Shown here: piece by piece, positions 44,102 through 53,855 of the stretch
Position numbering within the stretch: position 1 is the stretch's first letter
Layout of the letters: each line of letters begins with the position of its first letter
Source of the DNA: a virus
Reading direction: 5' to 3' (one strand)
Length of the DNA stretch: 64,000 bases
Virus genome (UHGV): UHGV-0225074
The notes under the pieces: generated by a model
Database searches by the model: none
Seen by the model: only the letters and a program-made list of their open reading frames with translations
What the model was told of the DNA's origin: nothing
Program-made: the position numbers and the translations under genes

Positions 44102-46414
44102 TTATAAAGAACAACTTTCGCAATAAGGATCTTCAGCATCCCCGGCGATAAGTGGTGCAACAGCTCTTGTCTCTTCCTCAGCTTTTGCTTTAGCATGAAG
44201 TTCCTCAGTGAGGGAGTCTCCAGCCCCAACTTTGGAGTTTAGGTAATACCATGTCTTCATACCCATCTTCGTGGCGCGAATCAGATACCCAAGTTGTTGT
44301 TTCATGGAAATCTTACCATCCGGCAACTGGGTATAGTCGATGTAAAGATCCGCACTAATTGCCTGGCCTGCGAACTTCTGAATGATTGCATAGATATCAA
44401 TCAAATCATTCGTATCGATATCCCAAGCCGACGTGTAATATTCCTTCAGCTCTTCATACTCGGGCACGATAAACAGCACAGAGCCTTGAGGAGATTTCTT
44501 GAAGATCACATGGTCACGTACCGGATACAGGCCATTTGTTGTGTTGGTAGCTAATGATGAACTTTCGTTCGGCATATAAGCTTCCAAGACACTGTTACGG
44601 ATACCACCATTTTCGATGATTTCCTGGCGCAAAGTTTCCCAGTCCTGCTTCAGGCTCGGATTCTTCACGACACTATCAACCGCCTTATTATAGGTATCGA
44701 TAGGCAACCAACCCTGCGGATACTTAGTCTTATTCATCCACGGAGCAACACCACGCTCTTTAGCCAGTCGCAGACTTGCCTTATGCAGACTGAAGCTATG
44801 CAGTTCTGCCAGATCGTGAACCAACTGCTTGCTCTCAGGAGAACCATACGCGACTTTGTGTTTCGCGATGTAGTGTGCAAGGTTGGTCAGGCCAACACCA
44901 ATCGAACGACGAGATTCGGCTGTGTACTTCATGTTCTCATACGGATAATCCATGATATCCATAACGTTGTCGATCATCAGGACGGTGTAGTAAGCAACAT
45001 CCTCGTATTCTTCTTCGGAAACACGACCAGCAACCAGAGAGGCGATAAAGCACAATGCAACTTCACCATCATCGATGGTCGGGTTGAAAATATTGCGCAT
45101 ATCTGTATACCCTTTTGTTGGCAGACAGATTTCTTGACACAAGTTAGATGAGTAAATTGTCTCAAGGAATGGCGTATGACGGTTCATTTCGTCAGGCCAG
45201 TAAACATAAAGACGACCAGTTTCAGCACGTTGAGTGATCAGTTCCATTGCCAGATCACGAGCCTTCACCCAAGTCTTTGGAATCTTAGTATCTGCTGCTA
45301 CACGGGCAACCTCAGCATCAAACTCCTGCATTGTCATTCGGAACATACCCTCATGTAACTGAGGAGCATCCTTATATGACACCAACATCCAGTCCAGATT
45401 CTTAGCTACGCGATTCATGAACGAGTGATTGACACCAATTGAATAGTCCATCGTGTTGATACGCTTTGAGGTAACCGTCATCGGATTACGCAGGCGCATC
45501 AGTTCTTCAACTTGCGGGTCTAACGCAAGGAAAGACACCGTTGCAGAACCACCACGGGATTGTTGACGATTTTCCTTAACACCAACATCAATTCCACGGT
45601 AATACGGGAGTTTACCCATGTGTTTGATCGTATTGTCACGAACACCATCGCCGATAGAGCGGGAGGACAGGTAATAACCGATCCCTGCCTGTGCTACCGT
45701 CATAGTGTACGCCACTTCACGGGCAACACCAATACTTTTAGCTGTATCGTCTGCTTTGATAATGCAACAGGATGCATATCCAGTTTTACCAGTACGCAAC
45801 CCATTCAGGTACGGCGTTGGTGCATTGATTTTAAGATCAGAGAGATACCTATACAGTCTGATGACGTCATTCTTCCTACGGGATAATGGCATATTCTTCA
45901 TAACAGCCATAGCAATACCCATGAACATCATCTGTGGGGATTCGAACAGGATATCATTGATGTTATCTTTGATACCATACTTATCCCGGAACTGTTTCAG
46001 AACCGCATACCCATAACTCAGGTCCTTACTGTGGTCAATGACTTGATCAAAGTTTAACAGCTCAGGTCCAGTATAGCCCATTTCTTCCCAGTACCCACGC
46101 ATCACCATGTCCTGGTAAAACTCGGTAAGGCTTGGGATTTTCTTAAATCCGCCAAAAGCTTCCTTGTAGATTTGTCCAATCAGGACGCGCCCAGCCATCC
46201 GTGAATGGGCTTCGTCTTTACGACTCACACAGGCGTCGATCAATGCCTGGTTAACTTCACGAGTGGTGCAGCCGTCATACAGTCGCTTATATGCATCCAT
46301 TGAGATATACGACCAGTTACCATTACCGTCATCACCAAAGATAGCGGCCTTGTTTAGACGTTCTGGTTCAAATGGAACCACACTACCATCACTCTTCACA
46401 ACTGTATTGATCAA
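44102..46414 (-). CDS. nrdA: ribonucleotide reductase class Ia large subunit
   Basis: 770 aa; N-terminal ATP-cone, C-terminal ...CESCSL Cys pair; length and motifs match NrdA. Confidence 0.9.
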   Translation of the reverse strand: MINTVVKSDGSVVPFEPERLNKAAIFGDDGNGNWSYISMDAYKRLYDGCTTREVNQALIDACVSRKDEAHSRMAGRVLIGQIYKEAFGGFKKIPSLTEFYQDMVMRGYWEEMGYTGPELLNFDQVIDHSKDLSYGYAVLKQFRDKYGIKDNINDILFESPQMMFMGIAMAVMKNMPLSRRKNDVIRLYRYLSDLKINAPTPYLNGLRTGKTGYASCCIIKADDTAKSIGVAREVAYTMTVAQAGIGYYLSSRSIGDGVRDNTIKHMGKLPYYRGIDVGVKENRQQSRGGSATVSFLALDPQVEELMRLRNPMTVTSKRINTMDYSIGVNHSFMNRVAKNLDWMLVSYKDAPQLHEGMFRMTMQEFDAEVARVAADTKIPKTWVKARDLAMELITQRAETGRLYVYWPDEMNRHTPFLETIYSSNLCQEICLPTKGYTDMRNIFNPTIDDGEVALCFIASLVAGRVSEEEYEDVAYYTVLMIDNVMDIMDYPYENMKYTAESRRSIGVGLTNLAHYIAKHKVAYGSPESKQLVHDLAELHSFSLHKASLRLAKERGVAPWMNKTKYPQGWLPIDTYNKAVDSVVKNPSLKQDWETLRQEIIENGGIRNSVLEAYMPNESSSLATNTTNGLYPVRDHVIFKKSPQGSVLFIVPEYEELKEYYTSAWDIDTNDLIDIYAIIQKFAGQAISADLYIDYTQLPDGKISMKQQLGYLIRATKMGMKTWYYLNSKVGAGDSLTEELHAKAKAEEETRAVAPLIAGDAEDPYCESCSL

Positions 46415-46423
46415 ACTTTCCCC

Positions 46424-46654
46424 TTATTCTTCTTCAAATTGAGACAAAAACGCATCTGCCTCGTCAACATCCTGATCGTCTTTCTCGTTTTGATCTGGCG
46501 CAACGATGTTAACTATTTTACCAGAAAACTCATCATAGTAAACATCGTCGTACATTTTACTGTCATCGGTTAAATCGTTGAAGTAGAGCCACCCGGCATA
46601 ATGATGCTTATCATCGAAGCCACGGTCTTTCCATTTCGTTTTTTCTTTACTCAT
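46424..46654 (-). CDS. small highly acidic protein (76 aa)
   Basis: DDQDVDEADAFLSQFEEE C-terminus; ATGA-coupled. Confidence 0.4.
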   Translation of the reverse strand: MSKEKTKWKDRGFDDKHHYAGWLYFNDLTDDSKMYDDVYYDEFSGKIVNIVAPDQNEKDDQDVDEADAFLSQFEEE

Positions 46655-47130
46655 TCGTCCTCCAGGCCAAATACATCGCCCAGACGAGCTTCGTCTTCAA
46701 TATCGAAAGTGATTTCAAATGTCTCTGGTCGATCCCCTCGCTTGGTATACTTGCGGGTGTTAACTTTTTCAGTTACAGGGATGTCGTAAGGAAGATCTAA
46801 AACAAATTCCATATCACTGCCTGAATAAACCCCTACATCAAGGATTTCAACACCGTTGTATATCTTCGCGTATTTATAATCAGGTCGCATTTCTCCGACA
46901 AAAATCATTGTCTTACGATACGTCGATGGCATATTGGCACATCTTACATTTTTGTTTTGGAACACAGTTACGTGTTTAGGATTCCCATCTTTATCGGTAA
47001 CCTGAAAACCGAGTGCGTATAAGGCAGCGCGGAGGTCATTATCTTTCTGAACATCAAATCCTGGGACCGTTCTCAGGAAGTCAATGGTGACCGAAATATG
47101 TTGTGGTGGCTTGCGTTTCTCTTTACTCAT
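46651..47130 (-). CDS. hypothetical protein (about 159 aa, start at MSKEKRKPP)
   Basis: GGAG RBS before the ATG at 47130; an upstream GC hairpin at 47150-47170. Confidence 0.45.
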   Translation of the reverse strand: MSKEKRKPPQHISVTIDFLRTVPGFDVQKDNDLRAALYALGFQVTDKDGNPKHVTVFQNKNVRCANMPSTYRKTMIFVGEMRPDYKYAKIYNGVEILDVGVYSGSDMEFVLDLPYDIPVTEKVNTRKYTKRGDRPETFEITFDIEDEARLGDVFGLEDE

Positions 47131-47210
47131 GTAATCTCCATTCTGCCTGACAAGGGGCAAAATCGCCCCTAATTAATATGCTTCTAAGATACGAATTAAC
47201 GATATCTTTG

Positions 47211-48209
47211 TCAACCTGAAATTGCATTGTCAGGCACTAACTGGCGATGTTGTCGCCAACCACGCAGGTTACCGGACCAAAGTTGCCCTTGACGATCTGC
47301 GTGTGTGATACCTTCTTCCCAAGAGCTTGGGTCACGGGGAAAGTTAATATGTCCGATAGTTAAATAATCAGAGTTCTCAATTTCCCTGTATTCTGTCATG
47401 GGTGTGGCCTGATGTTCGAATGGTGAGGCATGAACCTTGTTACCACTGATCAACTTCTCGTAGATATCCAAGGCCTTTTCTTTGCTCGTATTCAGAACAC
47501 GATAAGATACCTGGGCACAACAAGATGCGGAAACAGACAAAGCCTCTTCCAGAGTCAACATTACAGGCTTGTTCTCTTCGTCAAGAACACAATAGCCTTC
47601 AAATACTGCACACTCTTTGTCGTCGATATCTTCAAAGCCATAAACGTGGTCAACGTATGGTGTATGCCACTGTCCCGGTTCAAGAGGGTCTGGGATAGAG
47701 TTATCGCTAGCCTCTTTCATTGCCTTAGCCAGTTCATAGATCGTAGGATCAGCATCCGGGTCAACACGCAACCAGAAGAAGTTATTCCAGTCTGTAGCGG
47801 TGACAACTGTCTTCATTCTTTGGTATGGTTCCAGAAGGCGGTTTGCAATCTGCTTGTGATAACCCGCATCTGCAAATTCTGCTGCAAACCGGGCTGCACT
47901 AAGTCCTGCGAGTTTCCACCACTCTTCTGCCGAGTACCCATCACCAAGCTGTGCTGAGTGCTCCCCGGCATCCTGCATTCCAGGTTGGTTCTTACCAAAC
48001 TTCACAGGCATTGCAGGATTTTGCTGAACCTGCTCGATCATTTTCTTAATCGGAATAGCACGACTGCTCATTGCATTTCGACTTAACAGTCGGTGAGTCA
48101 TCAGCTCACTATGGATTATTCGTGGGTATTCAAGTTCGAAGGTTATGATTCGAATGCCTGAAGGAGAAATGCTGTCAGCTACAATTTTTACGGAAATCAA
48201 ATTACTCAC
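47211..48209 (-). CDS. thyX: ThyX-family (flavin-dependent) thymidylate synthase-like protein
   Basis: ELMTHRLLSRNAMSSRAIP resembles the ThyX RHR...S.R signature, with Thr in place of the first Arg; 332 aa is long for ThyX. Confidence 0.5.
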   Translation of the reverse strand: MSNLISVKIVADSISPSGIRIITFELEYPRIIHSELMTHRLLSRNAMSSRAIPIKKMIEQVQQNPAMPVKFGKNQPGMQDAGEHSAQLGDGYSAEEWWKLAGLSAARFAAEFADAGYHKQIANRLLEPYQRMKTVVTATDWNNFFWLRVDPDADPTIYELAKAMKEASDNSIPDPLEPGQWHTPYVDHVYGFEDIDDKECAVFEGYCVLDEENKPVMLTLEEALSVSASCCAQVSYRVLNTSKEKALDIYEKLISGNKVHASPFEHQATPMTEYREIENSDYLTIGHINFPRDPSSWEEGITHADRQGQLWSGNLRGWRQHRQLVPDNAISG

Positions 48210-48519
48210 TCATTGCTCCTAATTTCTCAATAATCTTGTCTTGGTTTTCAGCCATACGGGCGGCGACGGCAGTTTCAACTAACAGGTCAAGTTCAGCAAG
48301 ACGGTCTTTGTATTTGATCTGGGGGGTAATAATCTCTTCCAGCTCGCGGAGAGAGAATAAGTTCAGATAGACGTCATCAAAAAGACCTTTATTAAAATCC
48401 GCATCAATCCCCATGATATCCGCAGTCAGTCCTGTACCTGGGAACATACCTTCAATAACACGATTCACACGAGCCGTTGCTTGTGTACGGATGTGTTCCG
48501 CCATTTCATCCTTTGTCAT
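48202..48519 (-). CDS. hypothetical protein (105 aa)
   Basis: Overlaps the thyX start by 8 nt. Confidence 0.4.
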   Translation of the reverse strand: MTKDEMAEHIRTQATARVNRVIEGMFPGTGLTADIMGIDADFNKGLFDDVYLNLFSLRELEEIITPQIKYKDRLAELDLLVETAVAARMAENQDKIIEKLGAMSE

Positions 48520-48716
48520 TTTCCAACCCTCTTAATTTTGTAGTTAACATTTGGATCAAGGTCTGCCTTGAACACCAAGTAGCGGTTAAGCACATTCTTA
48601 CACATGTCGCTTGTCGCTTTGAATGAGTACACGAAATTATCCTTCTCATCGAATACTTCGTACCACTTACCCTGACGGACGATGAAATCACCGCCCTCGC
48701 ATCTATTCCTTTTCAT
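48516..48716 (-). CDS. hypothetical protein (66 aa)
   Basis: ATGA-coupled. Confidence 0.35.
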   Translation of the reverse strand: MKRNRCEGGDFIVRQGKWYEVFDEKDNFVYSFKATSDMCKNVLNRYLVFKADLDPNVNYKIKRVGK

Positions 48717-49330
48717 CAGGAGAGGTCCAGAATAAAGTCCTGAATATGACTCCAGTCGGATGTCTCAAGGTCAATCGAGACTTTCAACTCCTCAGATTGG
48801 TCATACGGAGTCCAGAACTTAATCTTAAGTACGTCATCTCCGAACTGATTCAGGAATTCATTGCGATCATCAATAATGACGTCAAGCTTAAGACCTGCTT
48901 TGTTCTTCGTCGCATAAAAACCATGACCAGAACCCGGCTCAAGGCTGAAGAACTCTTCTGTCTCACGTTTCAAGAAGCGTACCTTAGACGAAAAGTGTCC
49001 CTTTTTGCAGTATGATACAAATTGGTTGAAGTGACCAGCTTCAGCAAATGCGGCCACTGCTTCAACAGCGCCAGGGCGTGGTTTCAGCCTATCGTACAAA
49101 TAAGGATCTTCCCAGAACTCATACGGAGGTAATTGATTCACCTTCGCGGGTGGAAAATATTTAGAAAGATTATAGTAAGTCTTCCCCTGTGGGTTCGGGG
49201 GTGGCAAACTACAGTCTGCCTTAACGCCATACATCAGTTCCAACCAATGAAGCCAAGGAGTACCAGAATCTACAAACGTCAGATCGACATCAATACCGAT
49301 ATTCAGCGATTTACGCATCATCTTCTCCAT
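48716..49330 (-). CDS. HAD-family 5'(3')-nucleotidase-like protein
   Basis: N-terminal LNIGIDVDLTF (DxD motif I); start trimmed from 49375 to MEKMM to reduce overlap with the dNMP kinase gene. Confidence 0.45.
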   Translation of the reverse strand: MEKMMRKSLNIGIDVDLTFVDSGTPWLHWLELMYGVKADCSLPPPNPQGKTYYNLSKYFPPAKVNQLPPYEFWEDPYLYDRLKPRPGAVEAVAAFAEAGHFNQFVSYCKKGHFSSKVRFLKRETEEFFSLEPGSGHGFYATKNKAGLKLDVIIDDRNEFLNQFGDDVLKIKFWTPYDQSEELKVSIDLETSDWSHIQDFILDLS

Positions 49331-49916
49331 AGCTAATTGTTCTTGCCCACTCAAGGATCTCTTCTGCACAGTCAATCATACCACCCTCTTTGTTATCGAA
49401 GTCACGTTCATGACCCCGGATACCATCAAGATATAACCAGTTACGACTGTCATTCCCCCAATCATAACCTTTTCGGTGGATACGTGCAAGGAAGAATTCC
49501 CCACCAGTCGAGTATGCATAATCGGACAATTCTTTGATTTCTTCAGCAAAACCACCATCAGAGAATACAATCACCTCGTCGTTGGCATAGGTCTGTTTCA
49601 GCTTTTCCACAGCAGCTTTACCGAATGCTGACTTTCCGAACAACGGCTTGATTACCTTCTCAGAGCAATGGATCATCCATTCTCGGGGAGAAACAAAGAA
49701 GCCGTCTATCATCAGGTAAGGTGTTGGTTTCTCTTTGTAGCGGCGCGTGTATAGAGAGTCCCATAGCTCGCGAGAGATACCTGCACTTCGAACAGCGACC
49801 TCAAAAAGGAGTTCCTTCACCTCTTCGTGGTTGATGTTGGGGTTTCCTTTGCACAGATATGCGGAAATCTCATCTTTACCGCTTTGTGGCGGAGCGTTTA
49901 ATACTATTATATCCAT
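49311..49916 (-). CDS. deoxynucleoside monophosphate kinase (T4 gene 1-like P-loop kinase)
   Basis: MDIIVLNAPPQSGKDE resembles the T4 gp1 N-terminus (LSGVKRSGKD). Confidence 0.5.
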   Translation of the reverse strand: MDIIVLNAPPQSGKDEISAYLCKGNPNINHEEVKELLFEVAVRSAGISRELWDSLYTRRYKEKPTPYLMIDGFFVSPREWMIHCSEKVIKPLFGKSAFGKAAVEKLKQTYANDEVIVFSDGGFAEEIKELSDYAYSTGGEFFLARIHRKGYDWGNDSRNWLYLDGIRGHERDFDNKEGGMIDCAEEILEWARTISYGEDDA

Positions 49917-50107
49917 CAGGCCCCCGTATACTCGCGAAGTGCATCCACGAGATCAAGCGTTTCATCGTGCAGTCGATACCCTGTTTCATCTATAGACCCC
50001 GACAGATCCTCAAGCTTATCTGCCAAAGAGCGGATCTGTTTTTGAAGCCACTCAATGTCTTCCCATTCAGGGATGTCAATCTCTAAAGCTCTTCCACGTC
50101 TGATCAT
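49916..50107 (-). CDS. hypothetical protein (63 aa)
   Basis: Preceded by a UUCG hairpin and an RBS at 50118-50142. Confidence 0.35.
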   Translation of the reverse strand: MIRRGRALEIDIPEWEDIEWLQKQIRSLADKLEDLSGSIDETGYRLHDETLDLVDALREYTGA

Positions 50108-50145
50108 TCTCTCTCTCTCCTTAAAAAGGGCCGAAGCCCTTAAAG

Positions 50146-51087
50146 TTAAACCAAAATATTAGACAGCAGTTGCGATCGTTTCTCTTTCGAGAGGAGGTTT
50201 GTTCTCCCACGACGCTGTTGCCCGGTGACCTTGTGACGGTAACGTTGGTACTTGCCAAGGTTGGTGTAATGGAAACCATCCTCTATCCACTCGCTCATAT
50301 CAAGAACACCATCAACATAAAGATCGAAGTTAGGCAGACGAGAATCCCACGGCATGAAGATTTCGTACAACTCTTGGTTCGATAAAACGTCGAACTTGTT
50401 ATACTCTTCCATTTCATCCCAAGCCTCGGGGTTACCTTTCAAGCACTCATCCCACAGCAGGTGTCCTGGGAACTTGGTGTGCTTAGACTTCTTGTATTTC
50501 GTACACAGGCGATCGGTCAGATATTCCAGCTTGTTGGAGGTGAATCCAAACAGGGCTTTGGCGATAAGCATGGTATCGATAATACGGAAGGTTGATGGCT
50601 TATCCATTCCATTCAATAGGAAACGAGCATTGACCTTCTTAATGTCGAACTTACGGACATTATGCCCAACAACAAAATCCGCTTCATCAAGCAAGTCCCA
50701 CAGGTCTTGAAGAATAGATGCATCACTTTCCTTATCGTAGTTATCACGGATATCGCGATAAATGACCTCGTCCTGGTCAGCCCATTTGGCTACGAAAGAT
50801 AGCATGTACCAGTCAGAAACCAGCTGGTTCAATCCAATCCCGTTCTGCCAAAGACTCCAGAGATGTCCCTTCAGCGGCGCGGTCTCGATGTCTAAGAACA
50901 GGATTTTAGCTTTCTTATAATCAGATACTAAGGACTTTGTCAAAGGCGTAGACTCTGCGCTATGACGCTTAAGAACCAAACGGATGTATGACTCTCTCGA
51001 CTCTTTTCCAAGGAATGTGCGAGCAATTTCACGGTTACTCATTCCGCTTTCATGAAGTTCTATAATCTTTTTATCTACAGGTAGCAT
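50146..51087 (-). CDS. DEDD-family 3'-5' exonuclease (DnaQ/RNase T-like) with an N-terminal HTH
   Basis: ILFLDIETAP (Exo I), HNVRKFD (Exo II) and YNKFDV (Exo III)-like motifs. Confidence 0.5.
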   Translation of the reverse strand: MLPVDKKIIELHESGMSNREIARTFLGKESRESYIRLVLKRHSAESTPLTKSLVSDYKKAKILFLDIETAPLKGHLWSLWQNGIGLNQLVSDWYMLSFVAKWADQDEVIYRDIRDNYDKESDASILQDLWDLLDEADFVVGHNVRKFDIKKVNARFLLNGMDKPSTFRIIDTMLIAKALFGFTSNKLEYLTDRLCTKYKKSKHTKFPGHLLWDECLKGNPEAWDEMEEYNKFDVLSNQELYEIFMPWDSRLPNFDLYVDGVLDMSEWIEDGFHYTNLGKYQRYRHKVTGQQRRGRTNLLSKEKRSQLLSNILV

Positions 51088-51290
51088 TACACCTCTCGGA
51101 CGAATTCAATGATATCATTCACAGCGAAATCTCTAAAGTCTTGTTTATCGAGGTCATAACCTCTAATAAACCATTGAGAGTTCTTGTGATACTGGGTAGA
51201 CCCATACCACATGACGGGTTCTTCTACAGTACGATATCCGCACTTACCTCGCCAATTTCTGTAAAAGAATTTAAGTGGTTTCTTTGGCAT
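51087..51290 (-). CDS. hypothetical protein (67 aa)
   Basis: ATGA-coupled. Confidence 0.35.
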   Translation of the reverse strand: MPKKPLKFFYRNWRGKCGYRTVEEPVMWYGSTQYHKNSQWFIRGYDLDKQDFRDFAVNDIIEFVREV

Positions 51291-51765
51291 GTTTTTCCTC
51301 CGTCTGCTTGACGAACTCTGTAAGGTATAGCAAGAGGCTGTCTTGTTTCTGAGTACCTTCGGGGATAATTATGCCAAGGTCCGCCTTAGCTCTTTCAATT
51401 ATCTTCTCGTTGGTGCATCTTCTCAAAAACTTCAACATATCGTTCTTAAACCCGCCGTGAAGCGGATAGCCACTGAAGTCTTGCTCTAAGTAATCTGCCA
51501 AATTTCTAAGAGCGGTGGATAACGACGTCTGAGTATTCTCTGAAACGTACTTCATCCAAGCCTTCAGGACATATCCCTCAAAAGTATTCACGCACTGACT
51601 AAGGACACCTCTGCATTTACCTTCGAAATGGTCATGATCCAAGCACGGCTTACGAAGTGGCTCGCCGAGTATAGGATCTAACCCTTGCTGCTCCAGAATC
51701 AATTTGTTTCTGAAAGCAGCAATCTGCTTTGCATCTTTCACCCAAAGTTCCGGTGTTAATGGCAC
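51271..51765 (-). CDS. recombination endonuclease VII (T4 gp49-like)
   Basis: PCLDHDHFEGKCRGVLSQCVNTFEG matches the Endonuclease_7 Zn/H-N-H core. Confidence 0.55.
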   Translation of the reverse strand: MPLTPELWVKDAKQIAAFRNKLILEQQGLDPILGEPLRKPCLDHDHFEGKCRGVLSQCVNTFEGYVLKAWMKYVSENTQTSLSTALRNLADYLEQDFSGYPLHGGFKNDMLKFLRRCTNEKIIERAKADLGIIIPEGTQKQDSLLLYLTEFVKQTEEKHAKETT

Positions 51766-51809
51766 AACTACTGGCTTCTTCCTTGCTTTTGGTTTGGATG
51801 CTCGACTCT

Positions 51810-52424
51810 TTATTCTTTTCCTACGGATATATCCTCCAAGAACTTCTTCCCTATCAAATATGCATCTGCGTAGTCAGCCTTTCCGGCGGCAAGAGTCATT
51901 CCGTCAAGCCAACCTGGGAAATCACAATCTACGGCTCTCACCATGTGCGATTTTTCCATTTTAACCTGACCTGTGGAGTATACCTTTTTCCCGGTCTTTT
52001 TGTCAACCTTTTCTTTAACAACTGTGCGTTCTGATTCAGGCAAAAGTGCTCTGGCATAAGCCTTCACAGAGGTAGGGGCTACAGTATGGATCGCTTGATA
52101 CCCCAAAATTGCTGACTGATACAACCCGTACACAATACAGTAGAACAGACCAGCCAAATCCCGAGTGGCGCTGCCGATAGAACTAAGGCTAAGGGCTTCC
52201 ATAACATATTTGTCAATCCGATGTTCTTCAGCCAAAGTAAGGATTCTGCCAACAATGAACCTAATCTGTTCATGAACATTGTCAAAATAAATAACATCCT
52301 TGTTTTTCTTGCTCTTGCTATTGTTTGAGCCTGTTCTGATCATTTCCCGGTAAACAGGCACTCCATCATCGAATATGACAACAGCACAATGGCTAAGACT
52401 CTGATCAACCGACATCAGCTTCAT
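51810..52424 (-). CDS. RuvC-like Holliday junction resolvase-like protein
   Basis: N-terminal MSVDQSLSHCAVVIF (Asp-containing beta1), acidic residues spaced like the RuvC fold; weak. Confidence 0.35.
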   Translation of the reverse strand: MKLMSVDQSLSHCAVVIFDDGVPVYREMIRTGSNNSKSKKNKDVIYFDNVHEQIRFIVGRILTLAEEHRIDKYVMEALSLSSIGSATRDLAGLFYCIVYGLYQSAILGYQAIHTVAPTSVKAYARALLPESERTVVKEKVDKKTGKKVYSTGQVKMEKSHMVRAVDCDFPGWLDGMTLAAGKADYADAYLIGKKFLEDISVGKE

Positions 52425-52725
52425 CGGTTACCTCCGAGTCATTTTGGTCCTTGAAGACAACAAGCGAGAATTCTTGAGTGTCTAGCAAAACGCTTGTTAA
52501 CATCAACAGCCTCTCACCTTCTACCAGCTCGCAATCATCCAGAAGCAATACGGTGAATGCAACATTCGGATCAGTATAGTCATCAGTGAAAATCACATAG
52601 CAATCATCACCAGACTCAACCATGCGCCACAATCCTGTGGCGACTAAGAATTTACCCTTGACGCTGGGAACAGCCAGCGCCTCAGCATCCCTCATAACTG
52701 CCTGCATGATTAAGTTATCAATCAT
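52405..52725 (-). CDS. hypothetical acidic protein (106 aa)
   Basis: Co-oriented ORF. Confidence 0.4.
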   Translation of the reverse strand: MIDNLIMQAVMRDAEALAVPSVKGKFLVATGLWRMVESGDDCYVIFTDDYTDPNVAFTVLLLDDCELVEGERLLMLTSVLLDTQEFSLVVFKDQNDSEVTDEADVG

Positions 52726-53855
52726 ATAACCCCCACACGACGTAACTCGCTTGAAAGGGTTGTCTTATCATTTGCAGAACGTTTCATGTAGACCATCTGG
52801 AAAATGATAGATGCCCACTGACCTGCACTCATTTTCCGTTGTGTGCCGTCCCACGAAGTGAACTCAACACCGTTCGGGAACCAGGTTTTATACTGGTTAA
52901 TGATCGCTTGCCACATGGATTTCTCATCCTGAAGGTGTCCGATCAGGTTGAATGCAGCCGTATCACCGAAACGTCCAGCGATATCGAAACACTGGTAAGG
53001 CTTGATGTTATCTGAGCTATCACCGCAAAGCATCTGGTAACCGAAGAACTTACGTCCCCATCCCTTGACCTTGCTACCTTCCATCCAGATCTCACCCATA
53101 GAATCATCGATTAACATAGGGATCGGGTGCTTCCATGTCTTCTCTTCTGAATCGCGCATAGTATCGAAGATAAGTCCAGGATTTCCTTTCTGGTCTTTAT
53201 CAAATGATGCCACGATGTAGTTGAACTTCCCGGTCTTCTGGTAATTCTCCCACCCCATGTAGGCAAGAACAGACAAATAATCATCTGCTTCAACACCATT
53301 GATCACCTTGGCGTTATACTTCCGGGTAACATAATCCCTTGTTTCCTGAAGAAGGAGTGGGCGTAATGTATCCTCACGATTACCCTTGTAACGCTCTGGA
53401 GCTGGGAGCATAAGGCGGAAGTTACCCTCACCACCAAGTACACCCATCCCTGTATTGCTTTCCATCTCAAGGTGTTCAAAGATAGCATTGATCTTTGTCT
53501 TCAGGATATGAAGGCAGTTTTCTACAGGTTCCGGTTCCTGAATGTCTTTAATCGTGAAGTCATCCCTACCCCACGGTACAAACACTCGGCCTTCGGCCTT
53601 TGCCTTCGCCTCCATGTTCATGTTTTGGTCTTTGATCCATCCACCGACAACTTTCTTTGTCGATCCCCAAAACTCAGTCCTGTTTTTGAAAATCTTTGTT
53701 CTTCCAGACTCAATGTGAGTGACCTCAATTGTACGCTTTTCAGCACCAGCAGCTGATACAAAGCATGTCTGGTCGAGATCCAAAGCTAATACGCAGTCTT
53801 TTGTGACTTTATTTTTCCAATCTTTATCATACGGATATCCCACTAGCCCTCTCAA
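52722..53855 (-). CDS. RNase H / flap endonuclease (T4 rnh-like 5'-3' exonuclease)
   Basis: INGVEADDYLSVLAY matches the T4 RNase H EADD motif; 377 aa. Confidence 0.55.
   Translation of the reverse strand: MRGLVGYPYDKDWKNKVTKDCVLALDLDQTCFVSAAGAEKRTIEVTHIESGRTKIFKNRTEFWGSTKKVVGGWIKDQNMNMEAKAKAEGRVFVPWGRDDFTIKDIQEPEPVENCLHILKTKINAIFEHLEMESNTGMGVLGGEGNFRLMLPAPERYKGNREDTLRPLLLQETRDYVTRKYNAKVINGVEADDYLSVLAYMGWENYQKTGKFNYIVASFDKDQKGNPGLIFDTMRDSEEKTWKHPIPMLIDDSMGEIWMEGSKVKGWGRKFFGYQMLCGDSSDNIKPYQCFDIAGRFGDTAAFNLIGHLQDEKSMWQAIINQYKTWFPNGVEFTSWDGTQRKMSAGQWASIIFQMVYMKRSANDKTTLSSELRRVGVI

Noticed and set aside
42976-46414. Possible intein or group I intron in nrdA or nrdB
   Set aside because: NrdA (770 aa) and NrdB (362 aa) have normal lengths and uninterrupted conserved motifs. 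Only a short UUCG hairpin lies between them.
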